From Pocillopora damicornis (taxonomy: Eukaryota), in the NCBI RefSeq assembly GCF_003704095.1, contig NW_020845867.1, forward strand, positions 124,001-188,000: a stretch of DNA of 64,000 nt, written 5' to 3'. The position numbers and the translations under genes were made by a program. The notes under the pieces were generated by a model. It was given only the letters and a program-made list of their open reading frames with translations. It was not told the DNA's origin and did no database searches. Below are positions 51,701 to 62,270 of this stretch, in pieces; position 1 is the stretch's first letter; each line of letters opens with the position of its first letter.

Positions 51701-54316
51701 GGGTAGTTTTCCAGTAAGTGTCGAAAGTCGCAGAGTATTAATTTGGTTTTCACTCCATTGCGCCCTTTGATTGGTCAAGAAATATCACACTACCCTCACA
51801 AGTAAGTAGCGACTGGTTCCTTTTGATGGTTTCCTTTGCTCTGTAAGGTCTTTTTGATTGCTTTCGCTTTGGTTCTTTAGCACCCGATTTAAGATGCGTT
51901 CCATGAGGGTGTTTACTTGCCTAGAATTGGCAAACTGACCGATTGTGGTACATATGATTCTTATACAGCACGGCCAGATGTGTTCTTGTCTCCATGCACT
52001 CTTGTTCATTTAGGAGCCTTACACTGTTGATATTTTGTTGTTTCCCAGGAGGAAGCGGAGCTTGGAGTGGTAATGGACAACATGACCGCTGGCCAAGAAC
52101 TGCTGAGACAGAAGGAAGATAGGCTCAGGGTTTTGGAGAATGCCTTGTTAGGCGGAATGGTAAGCTATTATCGTTGCTATTATACTCGAAATTATCTTGC
52201 TTGAAATTGATGGGTTTTAAGTAATTTCGCGATACGCATCAAGTGCCAAATTCTCTCAACTAACGTGAACAGTACTACCCTCTTTAAGTGTTAAGAATGT
52301 TTTCTTTTTTATTTACAGTCAACTGCCTCGGACTCAGAAGACACGTTCCTTGGGTATTCCAAAAACGTTCGTCCAACAAGAGACAGGCACCGTCCTCGGA
52401 AAACGCCGCGTAAGACTCTTGATGATGACGACAGCAGCGGCATCAGTAGTAGCGACTATGGTGACGTCATAAGCGGAAACGTAAGAAGAAGTGACGTCAA
52501 GATGGGCAGCAGACAGCCGAAAATGGCCCTTCCCAGAAACCTGAGGAAACCCTCCACTGGTGAAGACAGCTCCGAAGCTGTTCATTACTCTTTGCAGCAG
52601 ATAAACACGGACTTGGCGCGAATTTTAACATTACTTCAATCTCGTACACCATCCTTTACTTACCCAAATGTCACGCCGGCCCCCTTCAGGGCTAAGCATG
52701 TCACGCAGCCGTTTCCTGATGCCCTCAGGGAGCCGCTTGCCGCGCCTGTTTATCCTGAAGGAAGTCGGGTCAGTCAAGCCCAGGCCCCTTATCAGTCTGG
52801 CACAGCAACAGAACCTTATCGTTCGAGAGGTGCTGGTGTTCCTGTGGTTCCCACCGGAGGTCCTGCGGTACCCAGCCGTCAAGGACAAACTAGTACTTTG
52901 TGAGTTTTTTCGACGATTTCTCTTAAGAGGGGTCGTTGTCCCTGGTATATCCTAGCATAGACCGGTATATCCTAACCAAGGCCATGCTTCCTTTGTTACA
53001 TGTTTTGCCAGTATTGGACCAGTATTGGACCTGTATGATGGAGCCGCAATACTCCCAGTCGCTTTATGCTAATCAAATCAAGAAGCGCCACAATACAATA
53101 ACGGTTTTCCTAAAATGTGGCGGGCTTGCTTGAGGTTAAATAACTATTGCAGTTGGATTTACCTGTGTGTCATTCTCTGTATACCATACATATGCTTATT
53201 TCCTTTTGTACTTGATCGATCAGATTGAAAGTCTTACTCAGGACACTATTAAGATTAAAATTTCACGAGTGCCGTAGACATTAGCTTAGATCTAATTCAT
53301 CTGTTTTATCGTTTGCCACAGCAATCCTTTGAATAGCGCCCCTCCGCAATTCCAGGCTCCATACAGAAACCAAGAGAGCACTGAGTCACAACTGGAAAGG
53401 AAATGGAGATCCTACTTTGGAGGTGACGTTCACATCTTGACTAAACAGCAACGATTTTAAGAACATTGAAAAATATAAATGGCTTAATTTGAGTGCTAAC
53501 GTGTTTTTATCTCCATTCGTATGATTATATCGTTGAGAACACCGAAGCATTTTATTTCCTATTTCCTATTTCAGATCAGTCACGTGACTCGCCAGCCTCA
53601 CTTTCTCTCGGACCTACCATTAGTCTGTCAGGGTCAAGGTACGTAAAATGATGCACTTTCTTTTTATAATCTGAGCTGGGTGTCGCAAAGAAATCCGAGA
53701 GTGGCCTTTTTTTTTTTAACTCGAGCTACGCTAACAACACAACTGTATTATTTTTCTAATTTTTGTTGGACGACACCCGAATGAATAGGCTGTCATTCTC
53801 TCTAAGATTTCTTTTCCTTTTATTGATTTATCCTCAAAAGGGAGCCAGCAACCGTGAAGGACTGGACCTCGGAGAAGGAGTTAAGCACCGCTGAGCGATT
53901 GCAGTCTCATGCCGAGTGGCTTCGTAATTTTCGGCGCGAGGCAGGGCTGCATGTTAATAACGCAAGGGGGCTGGAAGACAGAGCAGTTTCGTATCCTTTT
54001 TCCGTTTTCAACTTAGTTTTTTTTCAGGCCTATATATCAACTAGGTGGGCTATAATAGCGTTAAATACTAGAAATCGCGCCTCAGTTTGTTCTTATATAG
54101 AAAAAAATTACTTTTCGAGTAATTTCGTAATTAACGGGACAAATTGCTGGAACGAATGAAAAGGAACAAAGAATTCATCCTTAACTCGTTCCTAGATTCC
54201 CCTCTAGCCAAGGATCAGCACGAGACTTTCCGCCTGGGATGTCAAGTGGTCATTCGTCATCATTCAGGCCTCCTCGGCTAACGCTTAATGAAAATAATGA
54301 AATTCGTTGGGTTTGA
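36717..54316 (+). CDS. CEP164: Centrosomal protein of 164 kDa (distal appendage protein); model interrupted by assembly gaps and an inverted block
   Basis: Exons 36717-36789 and 37609-37720 encode [37 protein letters not shown]...[16 protein letters not shown], the CEP164 N-terminus and start of the WW domain. After the gap: 41982-42062, 42728-42781, 42924-43458, 43646-43846, 44023-44082, 44487-44549, 45074-45217, 46202-46285, 46731-46799, 47031-47158, 47457-47528, 47824-48109, 48902-48935, 49611-49745, 50351-50435, 50806-50899, 51354-51419, 51513-51569, 52049-52159, 52319-52899, 53322-53422, 53575-53638, 53841-53990, 54196-54316, with consistent phases. These encode long E/K coiled coils and CEP164-like motifs [43 protein letters not shown] and terminal [12 protein letters not shown]. 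Confidence 0.9.
38075..38280. mobile_element. piggyBac-type MITE with TTAA target site
   Basis: TTAA|CCCTTTAACTCCCA ... TGGGAGTTAAAGGG|TTAA: 14-bp perfect TIR beginning CCC, with TTAA on both sides. Confidence 0.8.
38819..38918. other. Assembly gap of exactly 100 N (left edge of the inverted block)
   Basis: N run. The partner 100-N gap is at 41784-41883; the other gaps (16396-16509, 22035-22247) have non-round lengths. Confidence 0.95.
39725..41703 (-). CDS. CEP164: Four internal CEP164 exons lying in inverted orientation
   Basis: Phase-0 exons on the minus strand: 41703-41362 ([11 protein letters not shown]...GGSLG repeats), 41119-40985, 40261-40196 ([22 protein letters not shown]) and 39805-39725 (DSEVEESS...). 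They have no start or stop of their own. GLAPLKG and DVGALGYE recall the post-WW region of vertebrate CEP164 (GLAPLRG, DIGALG...YE). Confidence 0.78.
40409..40613. mobile_element. piggyBac-type MITE, second full copy
   Basis: CCCTTTAACTCC ... GGAGTTAAAGGG, with an interior colinear with 38075-38280; flanks TCAA / TTGA. Confidence 0.75.
40645..40949 (+). mobile_element. Short non-autonomous element with sub-terminal inverted repeat and an internal degenerate tRNA-like segment
   Basis: AGCGGAGCT (40649-40657) pairs with AGCTCCACT (40914-40922); small 3' hairpin TTTAG-N6-CTAAA; tRNA-like segment 40802-40873 with A box TAGTCCAGTGG and B box GGTTCTAGTCC. Confidence 0.45.
41495..41622 (-). repeat. 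15-bp coding tandem repeat (GGSLG pentapeptide) in a CEP164 exon
   Basis: Recurrent CCTCCAAGRGA units with ~15-nt periodicity. Confidence 0.8.
42318..42660 (+). repeat. CCAAT-rich interspersed repeat family
   Basis: AAAACCAAAACCA..GCCAATGAG..CCAATCACAGAGCGAAGTAAA..ATTACTTTCGAC recurs at ~44610-44875 (+). Reversed or diverged copies lie at ~49140-49400, 49760-49975, 51705-51900 and 63000-63160. Confidence 0.65.
44250..44378 (-). mobile_element. Degenerate tRNA-derived SINE-like repeat
   Basis: Minus strand GAGGCGGTGGCCGGGTGGTTACCGAGCTGGACTCC...GGGTTCGAGACCTGG (A and B boxes) followed by TGTGTAGTGTTCATGGGCAC. Diverged relatives lie at ~19490-19600 (-), ~48195-48335 (+) and ~57140-57412 (-). 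Ends are approximate. Confidence 0.6.
47226..47372. mobile_element. piggyBac-type MITE, related shorter copy
   Basis: TCAA|CCCTTTAA ... GTAAAGGG|TTAA. Partial relatives begin at 23331 (TTAACCCTTTCACTCCC) and 38689 (TTAACCCGTTCACTCCC, which runs into the gap). Confidence 0.65.
48524..48815 (-). mobile_element. Probable solo LTR (292 bp)
   Basis: Termini TGT...ACA; CAACT on both sides (48519-48523, 48816-48820); minus-strand TATATAA at 48773-48767. Confidence 0.6.
50172..50278. repeat. Short palindromic (hairpin) element
   Basis: GATTTCTATGCGTGATAGTTGA ... TCAAATAACACGCGATAGAAATC form imperfect inverted arms. Confidence 0.55.
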
Positions 54317-54658
54317 TCGCAGTTCTACAAAAGCGTTATCAAGTTCCTAGCGGTGCTGAGTTTCAAAGGAGTACGTTTAACGTAAGAAAATTCTGGAAGA
54401 AATTTTAATGAAAAAACTGATGCTTGCGTTATAGAGGCAAGACTTGTCTATGTCTGAGGAATTGACGATTTTGTGAAAGTTGGTTTTTGTGTGTGATTAG
54501 GGTTTACACTCGTGATTGCAGGGAATCTGATTAAAGCAGTCGAAAAACTTCTCTGTTTGCCACTACTTGTCAGGTTTTGCTCTGCTAAGCAATCTCCTTG
54601 TAATGACAGTGAAGAACGTATTCACACAAGATCTCATCCGATTTCAAAGCGAAGTATT

Positions 54659-54664
54659 TTTATT
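54659..54664 (-). terminator. Candidate polyadenylation signal of CFAP44
   Basis: AATAAA on the minus strand, ~200 nt after the stop codon. Confidence 0.5.
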
Positions 54665-54679
54665 CGAAGCTTGAACGTA

Positions 54680-54743
54680 ATCTTTGAAATCCTGATCAAT
54701 ATTCATACTCCATCTTTGAAATCCTGACCAATATTCAAACTCC
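54680..54743. repeat. 32-bp tandem duplication in the putative CFAP44 3' UTR
   Basis: ATCTTTGAAATCCTGATCAATATTCATACTCC followed by ATCTTTGAAATCCTGACCAATATTCAAACTCC (2 mismatches). Confidence 0.85.
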
Positions 54744-54861
54744 ATTCCATTATTTACAGTGCATGTATAAAAAAAAACTACGCGAACAATGAAAAAAACC
54801 CTGAGAACTACTAAGTTCTTACACTCAAAACTCGGCTTTTCGAGAAAAAATCGATAACAAG

Positions 54862-57800
54862 TTATTGATTGGGTATGGGCGTTTGTCCAGGAGGGAGGGG
54901 CGGTTGTGCCGGTGGAAGAATATGCCCGCCTTTACGTGACAGCAAAGTTATTTCATCCTTGAGAGCGTCGATTTCTTGAGCCTGCAATTGCACCAGCTGG
55001 ACCAAACGCTGCCGTTCCCGGATGTCAGCCTTACGACTTCCGGTAAACTCCGTACCAAGTGACTTTTGTCGTGAGTTCAGCATCTGTTCAAGCTCTTTCT
55101 TTTCTTGCAATAAAACAGTGAAAGTGTCCAATCTCTGCGTGTTCTCCCGAGTAAGTTGCGTCACCTTGCCCTTGTAGGAGTCAATCTTGCTCTAAGTAAA
55201 CAACAACAACAACAATCAACTTAAACCAGGAGTAGGTCTCGACAACCAATTCGGTGGTGAAAGTAAGGAAAGAGCAGAACCAGAAATCTGTGATGTGGGG
55301 AGAATTTGACTGCGAAAACACAGTTTTGTTTTTTTCCAATAACATAATTTCTTAAATAAGCAGAGAAGTATTTCAAACTTGCCCCCCTCTATTGCTATCT
55401 ACCCTCCGATACTTTTGACGTAAAGTTTTAAAGAAGAACTCACGTTCCACTTGGCGATCTCCGCGGCGCTCTTAGACTCTTGTTGTCTGAGTTTCTCCTT
55501 TAGTTCCTCGACAGTTCTGTTTACTGTAACAGTCTCAAGCTTTTCCAGATCCACCAATCGGCCAAATTTCAACATCAACATGTTACGAACTTTCTCTTCC
55601 AATTCACCGATCTAAGGACGAAGTACATTACGATGCAGTATTACTTAATAAGTCATGGTAATTTTGTGAGTTTTTTTCCTTTCCTATCTATTCTCTCACT
55701 CAATTATTCATTTATTTGTTTCTTTATTTTCAATCCGAAGAGCATCAGCGAGTGGGGAGCGGCCAAAGAAAAGATAGTAATCACTTGCAACGCCCGATCG
55801 CATGGCGAAAAAAGGATGATCAAAGAATCCAGTTTTTAAAGAAATTGTGACTCTGTTACTATTCTAGGGGTTTTTTTGGCCTATAATTTTGGTTACTTGG
55901 TTGTTGTTGTTGTTATGTGCGACAGTTCTCCCGAAAAAGAACACTGCTTCGTGCACATCAGTTCAATAGTGGGCTTCCTGTGATTTGGCCAATTAGATTC
56001 TGCACAATAACCTTACCCTGTTTTCCTGGACTTTCTTGTCGCGGATGAGCTGCACATGAGTCTGGCGATGCTCCCTAAAAGATGAATAAAAACAACTCAG
56101 ATTTGGGAGACCTAAACAACTAATGCAATTATAAATTAATTTTATAATTGTCTGTATAAAAGAGAATTTAAGATGCAAATCATATTTTTTTATCGTACCT
56201 ATAAAGTCTCTTCTGCTCAGCCTTCTCTTTTTCCAGCTCTTTGATCCTGTGCTGTAGTCGTACCAGTCCAGGGCTGTTAAAAACAAGACACTGCGACAGA
56301 TCCTGAGGCAGCACACTGTTTATCATGTACTGGATCTGATGAAATCTGAGCACCACAACCACGTCCAGTTCGTTAAGTTTTTGCTGCTTCTCACGCTAAA
56401 ATTATTTAGAAAAAAAAGCTGATTAGCAAGTTTTAAGGAGCTCTTTTGCGCTTACGCATCTTGAAAGACTCACGTTTATGATTTGCAATCCAAGCATTAA
56501 AATCTTTTTCATCCTTAAACAATCCCTTTCCACTCCGATTCATCTCAACGGCTTTTGTTCGACATTGCAAATTATGAATTAAGATTTTACTCCAATTCAA
56601 ACAATTTTTTTTAATCTACCGCAAAACGATCCCATACGCTGTTTTATTTTTAGGATTTTAAAATGGCAGTAAATTACATTTCATTCATTCTGCTTACCTG
56701 GAAAGCTTCCAAATCAGCTTCTGCCGTTTTTAAGGCACCATCGATGATCTTTGCTTTCTTTACAAGTGCGTCAGATTCCTTCTTCAAGGACTCGCTTGTT
56801 TTCTTCTCTTCTGCCAATTCTTCTTCCAGGTCTAAGCGGCGTTCGCGTAGCTGACAAACCTTGAATCGAGATATAAAAATCAGCACCCATATCAATCAAT
56901 CAAGCGATGAATCAATCAATCAATCAACCAGTCAATCATTAAGTCAGCCAATCAATCAGCAAGCCAATCAGTTAGTCAACATGTCAATCAATCAACTACG
57001 CAATTCACTTGTTTTAAAGCAGAAGATACGGTTACCCTCTCTACCCGTGCAAGAACCTCATGATTAAACCGCATGACGATAAATTAAAAAAACTCACATA
57101 GAAACTCAGCGAAACTGATTTCAGTAAATACGAATAAAGTCAAGTTAAGTTGCTCGAGCCTAGTGGTAAATTGCTGTCGAAGCTTATTCCATTGTCCGCA
57201 GTATAATGCAATTTGAACATCATTAGTCCCCACTAGACGGGACGTTAGTTCCATTGAAGGTTATTTCCAAGCAATTCACCAGGTTTCCCCTGACAATTTG
57301 AAAGTATCCAATTGTCTAGCCCAAGAACACACCACATTGGTCCGCGCAAGGCTTGGGCCCAGAACTCTCAATCCATATTCCGACGCGCAAGCCACGAGGC
57401 CACAGCGTCAGCCACTCCTTCTTGCAATAGTCCCCACATACTAAGGATTAGTAACACACCTGATCGAACAAAGCTTGGTCACACCCTGGTGGACACACGC
57501 TGTCGTCCAGTTCCTCTGCGTCAGAATCCTCTTCATCACTGGATGACAAATCCTCGTCGCTGTCCTCATCCTCGCTTTCTTCGTCCGAACCCTCCTCAGC
57601 TTGAGTTTTCTTCTTGGCACGTTTGATTTTTTTCTTAAAAACGCGTGTCAAAAACGACTCGAACTTGTTGTTCTCACCAAGAGCTGCCGTGAATGTGGTG
57701 TACAGCGCTTTTTCCTGCTCTTGTAGCTTTTCGATGTCTTGTTTCTTAGAGTCTAATTTCAACTGACAGTCTTCCACCTGGAGGAGAAACAAGTTTGATC

Positions 57801-60800
57801 CGTTATCGTTCAAGCCAAGACCAAAAGATTAGACAAACACCTGTTTCCATTAGTTTTAGCTGGCTGGCCCGCAATTTTTTCTGCAAATAGATATACAAAT
57901 ACAGCGCCAGCTAATCTGTCCTTTAAGTAGGGCCAATTATTTTATACACTTCTAGGCAGACTGCACGTGATACGCGCGGGAGTTTGAAGATGACAATACA
58001 AATTTCTCAGGTGTTTTGAACTCTAAGCAGCGTTGGTTGCGTGCGCCGGCAAGAACATAGGTTTTTCAGTTTCGCCAGGTCTAATAAAATCGACAAACCA
58101 TTAGTGAGTGCTGGAGCAGTGCTCAGAAAATGAGTTGGAATATAAAAATATTTTGTTGAGTTTGCCACACGACAATCAACGTTTGAAGAAAAAAACAAAC
58201 AGCTCATCGCTGTGAAGTCTTTCTTAATACCTTCTCCTGCATCTCCTCCTTCTCAGAAAGTTTAGTGTTTACTTTGTTAGCAAAGCTGTTCTCTCTTTTC
58301 TCGAACTCTTTTAGCAGCATGAATTCTTCAAACAGAGTAACTTGCCTGTCAAAAAAGAAACAAAATCAACCAAACGAGGCTTAGAGTCTTCCCAAAGGTT
58401 GGGGTTCATAAATACAATTTCTGTTCTGTTACTTTACAGCAGTATCTCATTTTATTGTCGTTTTTAATCATTATTTATTGTACATGTGCAACAGTTACTG
58501 AATTGGTAAATAAATAAAGCTTACACTGGTTCTCAAGCTGCTTCCTGACAAAAAACCCAAACGCTTAACGCCAGGATTCGTGGAATAGAGTAACTGGAAC
58601 ACCAAGAGGGATAATCGAAAAGTTACCCTTAGTACCCCTCTCTCAGCCCTCCCACCCTTCCCCCTCCCGCCCCCACCCCCGACGCGATCTGACGTCAAAA
58701 GGGCAAAATGAGAAATCGTGAAATTCGAAGGAAAAGGCGATGAGAAAAAAATTGAGACTGGGAGACCCCCTATCTTGCTGTTTTCATACCTGCCGCTTCA
58801 AGTCTAAGAAACTTCAAACCCCTTTACTATATGGAACTCACCTTAAGTCAGCGCACTTCACAGCAACTTCTAGATGCATTTTGTCGTGTCTTAGGTATCG
58901 CAGATCGGCATCAAATTTTTCCAATGTGCTGGTGATATTGTCGATCAATACATCTTGTTCGTATTGTAACCTGGATTGCAGAATAGATTGTTCAATATCA
59001 TATGTTAAAAAACTTGTGGAAGTTTCAGGGTTTAGAGTTAGGGTTCAGAGTTGTTAGGACACTGTGAGCCTTGAAGTCACAATACCTTGCATGCGACAAA
59101 ACCGAAAAAAAACGCACAATACTTTCAATTTTAAAATTCCCCGGTTAGCCAGTGTTGACATATTTTCCCGCGCGTGGGACTAGCTGGACCATTCCCGCGC
59201 TTGCCTTTGATTGGCCAGTTTCCCGTGCTTGCCGCCGGTTACCCATTTTCTTGCGTTCCTTGCCTAATTTCATTTTGGCGCACGTTTTAATAGTGTGCCA
59301 TTTTCACTTATTTAGTAAGACATTTTCCTGTTCCTTTTGTTGACGAATCATTAGGTTTTCACTCAAATACGCCCCCACCCCGCCCCCTTTCCCCTCCGAA
59401 CAAAAAAAAATTGTTGAAAGAATACTTGTCCAACCTGATTTGCTCTTCATATTGCATCTCCTGCTCCAGCACGGACGGGTCCTCGCTGATGTCCTCTAAC
59501 GCGGGCTCGGGGGTTTCTTTGTCCGTCAAAGTACTCAAACTAGACTTGGGCCTTCCAAGGGAATGTACAGAGACAGAAGAGGTAGAGCGGTCCCTTTGCT
59601 GTGTCCCTGGCTTGCTTGTTGGAGCCAATTTTGAGGTCTGAAAGGACAAGTGGATAACATTGATATAGAGAAAATATAATGTCCACAGAGGAATAAGAAT
59701 AAAGAGGTCCATGAGTTAGTTCTGCACAAAGATAAACCCCTGTGTAGCAAAGGCCAGTCGTGAAATCTTTCAGCAAGTTAGCAAAAACGCAGTCTATGAG
59801 TTCCCCGTTGAAAACAAACGTCTGCTCACCTCAGTTCCCCCGCCACCAAATCCACCAAAACCTCCAAATCCCCCTCCCTGCTCTCCCTGATTAACCTTTT
59901 CAACCATTCGTTTCTTGAATTCAAGTAACTGCTCACGTGTGTATTCAAGGCGCCTGCAAACGAAACAGAAATAAAATCAATAATCGACCTTACACCAGTT
60001 TTCTATTAAGAACTCACCCATGAACAGAGAAACTATTATAACACAATCTAAATGAAGACAATTTGGTTCATATTCGCGGGCATACACAAATGTTTGGGCC
60101 CATCAAAATAACTCTGATGAGGGTCACAACTTATTTATTCCCAAAAACATTAACTTTATTGCTACTATTATCACTTTGGAGGGCATCGAGAAAACAAGTT
60201 TTAATCAACTCTTTTGAAGCATTAATTAACTAACGTCTCCATTAAACCATTTGAAAATCTCACGTTCGCGCGCGCAAGTACACGTAAACGCGTCAACAAT
60301 GTTTAAAAGGAAATCCATGGCAACCAAAAATAATAATCACCGCGCTAAAACTCTGTTCAGTGCGCAAGGTGTAGATAAACTTATTGTCCCAGATTCCGTT
60401 CCACTAACACGCTTTTCAGTTGAGAAAAATGTCTAGAAACCTACTAGACAGGCTTAAAGAACTGCAAGATGCCATGGACTCTTGTCAGAGAAGTACAGAA
60501 AACTTAATCGATGATTACAGACAGAGCGTGCTACAAACGGCTGCCGTGGTGGCGGCCGCGAAAATCAATGAGGAGAAAGTTCAAGTTGAAAAGAAAAAAG
60601 AACTTCTCCGGAGAATGATCGACAGGGAAAGAGAAGCAAGTCAACTAGCTGTTGAGAAAGTGCACAGCACCGCAAAGAAATCCATTCAAGCCTTGATAAA
60701 TGACAAGAACAAAGAGTTACAAAAAGCTCTTGATGACATGGAACGCACCCACAAGGAGGAGCTGGCGAAGGTGAAAGATGAAACACGGCAGAAAACAATT

Positions 60801-62237
60801 CATCAGTTCACAGCGATAAAAAAGAGGAAAAAACGCGCAAGGGAAGATTCAAAACCGAAGGCTGCTAGAGCTGAACGAGAGAGAGAAATACCGAAGTGCG
60901 CAAGTTGTGGAAAAGTAAGTGCTTCCTTGTTGATGTGCAGTGGTTGTCGTGTGAATTTGTACTGCGATGAAATTTGCCAAGAGAAAGATTGGGGCCGACA
61001 TGAAAAGCACTGTCCAGAACCGACCATGCGTGAAAAAGATACCTAACACTGTTTACAACGTCCACAAGTTAAACTGTAAGAAATTTATAAATGACCGCAG
61101 TTCTCTTTAATAAACGGAAGCTGCTTTCACTGAAACGCACTGCTTGTCCAGAAATATTTGATTACCACCAAATACTATTTTATTGTGAAGAGTGTGTCAG
61201 AATTGCGGCTCAATCCTATGAGCAAACACAAATTTCTTTCGGCGAATGAGGCGCAGAAAAGTTTTCGTTTTTCTTTACTAAGGTGAAAAGAGACAGAAAG
61301 CTTCCAATACTTGATCGATCTGAAAAAATCTTCAGATAACAAAAAAAAACTTTTTTGTCCTGAATTTGTCAAATCCAGTTCTGATTGGTTTCCTGATTTT
61401 GATTGACGTTTTCCACCATAAACTGACTCTCTAACAAAACTTACTTTTCGGGACATTCATCGGGCATCATTTCGGGTATTTTCGGGATGGTCCGTCGGGA
61501 ATACGGGTCGATCTTGCGCTGTACTTCCTCAAGTTGTGCGACCACTTCCTTCAACTACAAAATGAAAGTGCAAGTATAAACAAAACGACACAATTCTTGT
61601 AGACAGACTTCACTGCAAAGGAAGTAGGTTACCAATCTTGAATTACCTCTCTGATTATCTTGATTTTCTTATCTCGGAGAGCTAAGAATGAATGGTTGAA
61701 TTCAAACTTATAATGATGAATCTGAAAAACAAAAACGAAAAACAACATCAAAACCTGTTCGCTTCTCCGAACATTTCAACTTACATTCCTTTCAAACTCG
61801 ATGAAATTTACTTTCAAAAAAAGCACAACGCAAAAATGTAATTGGTAAAACTTACCTGGTCAAGGAGGTTCAGGAGTTGAATTCTCTTCTTTTCCGCATT
61901 CACCCTTTGACTTTCGGGTACCACATAATCTTTAGCAGTCTTCAGCTTATAATCGCCCATGTTTTCTCGCGCTTCTTTAATGGCAGCCACATCTTTGGGA
62001 TCTTCATAACCTTCGTCAGGTTTGCTACGATACAACTCGTCCCACTAAGATACAAATCAAAGTATGACTGTTGAAGAAATCTAGGAACGGCTGCAAAAAG
62101 AATTAACTGCAGAGCTTTCACATGCAATACATCCTAAAATTTATTTCGGTTACTATGAGAAACCTAATGAGCTAGTAGGCTAGCTCTCGTCCTTTATGAG
62201 TTTTCCCGAGCTTGAATAAATTAATAAAGGGGGTTAT

Positions 62238-62270
<33 letters not shown>

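Noticed and set aside
60114-60148. CTGATGA-GGG...CCC-AAAAAC hammerhead-like string upstream of the nested gene
   Set aside because: It lacks the essential GAAA and has no convincing stem I or III. The same applies to CTGATGAAGCC at 19361.
60317-60419. Upstream ATG with a 51-nt mini-intron (60369-60419) extending the MYND ORF
   Set aside because: The donor would be phase 1 and the acceptor phase 0, so the join is out of frame.
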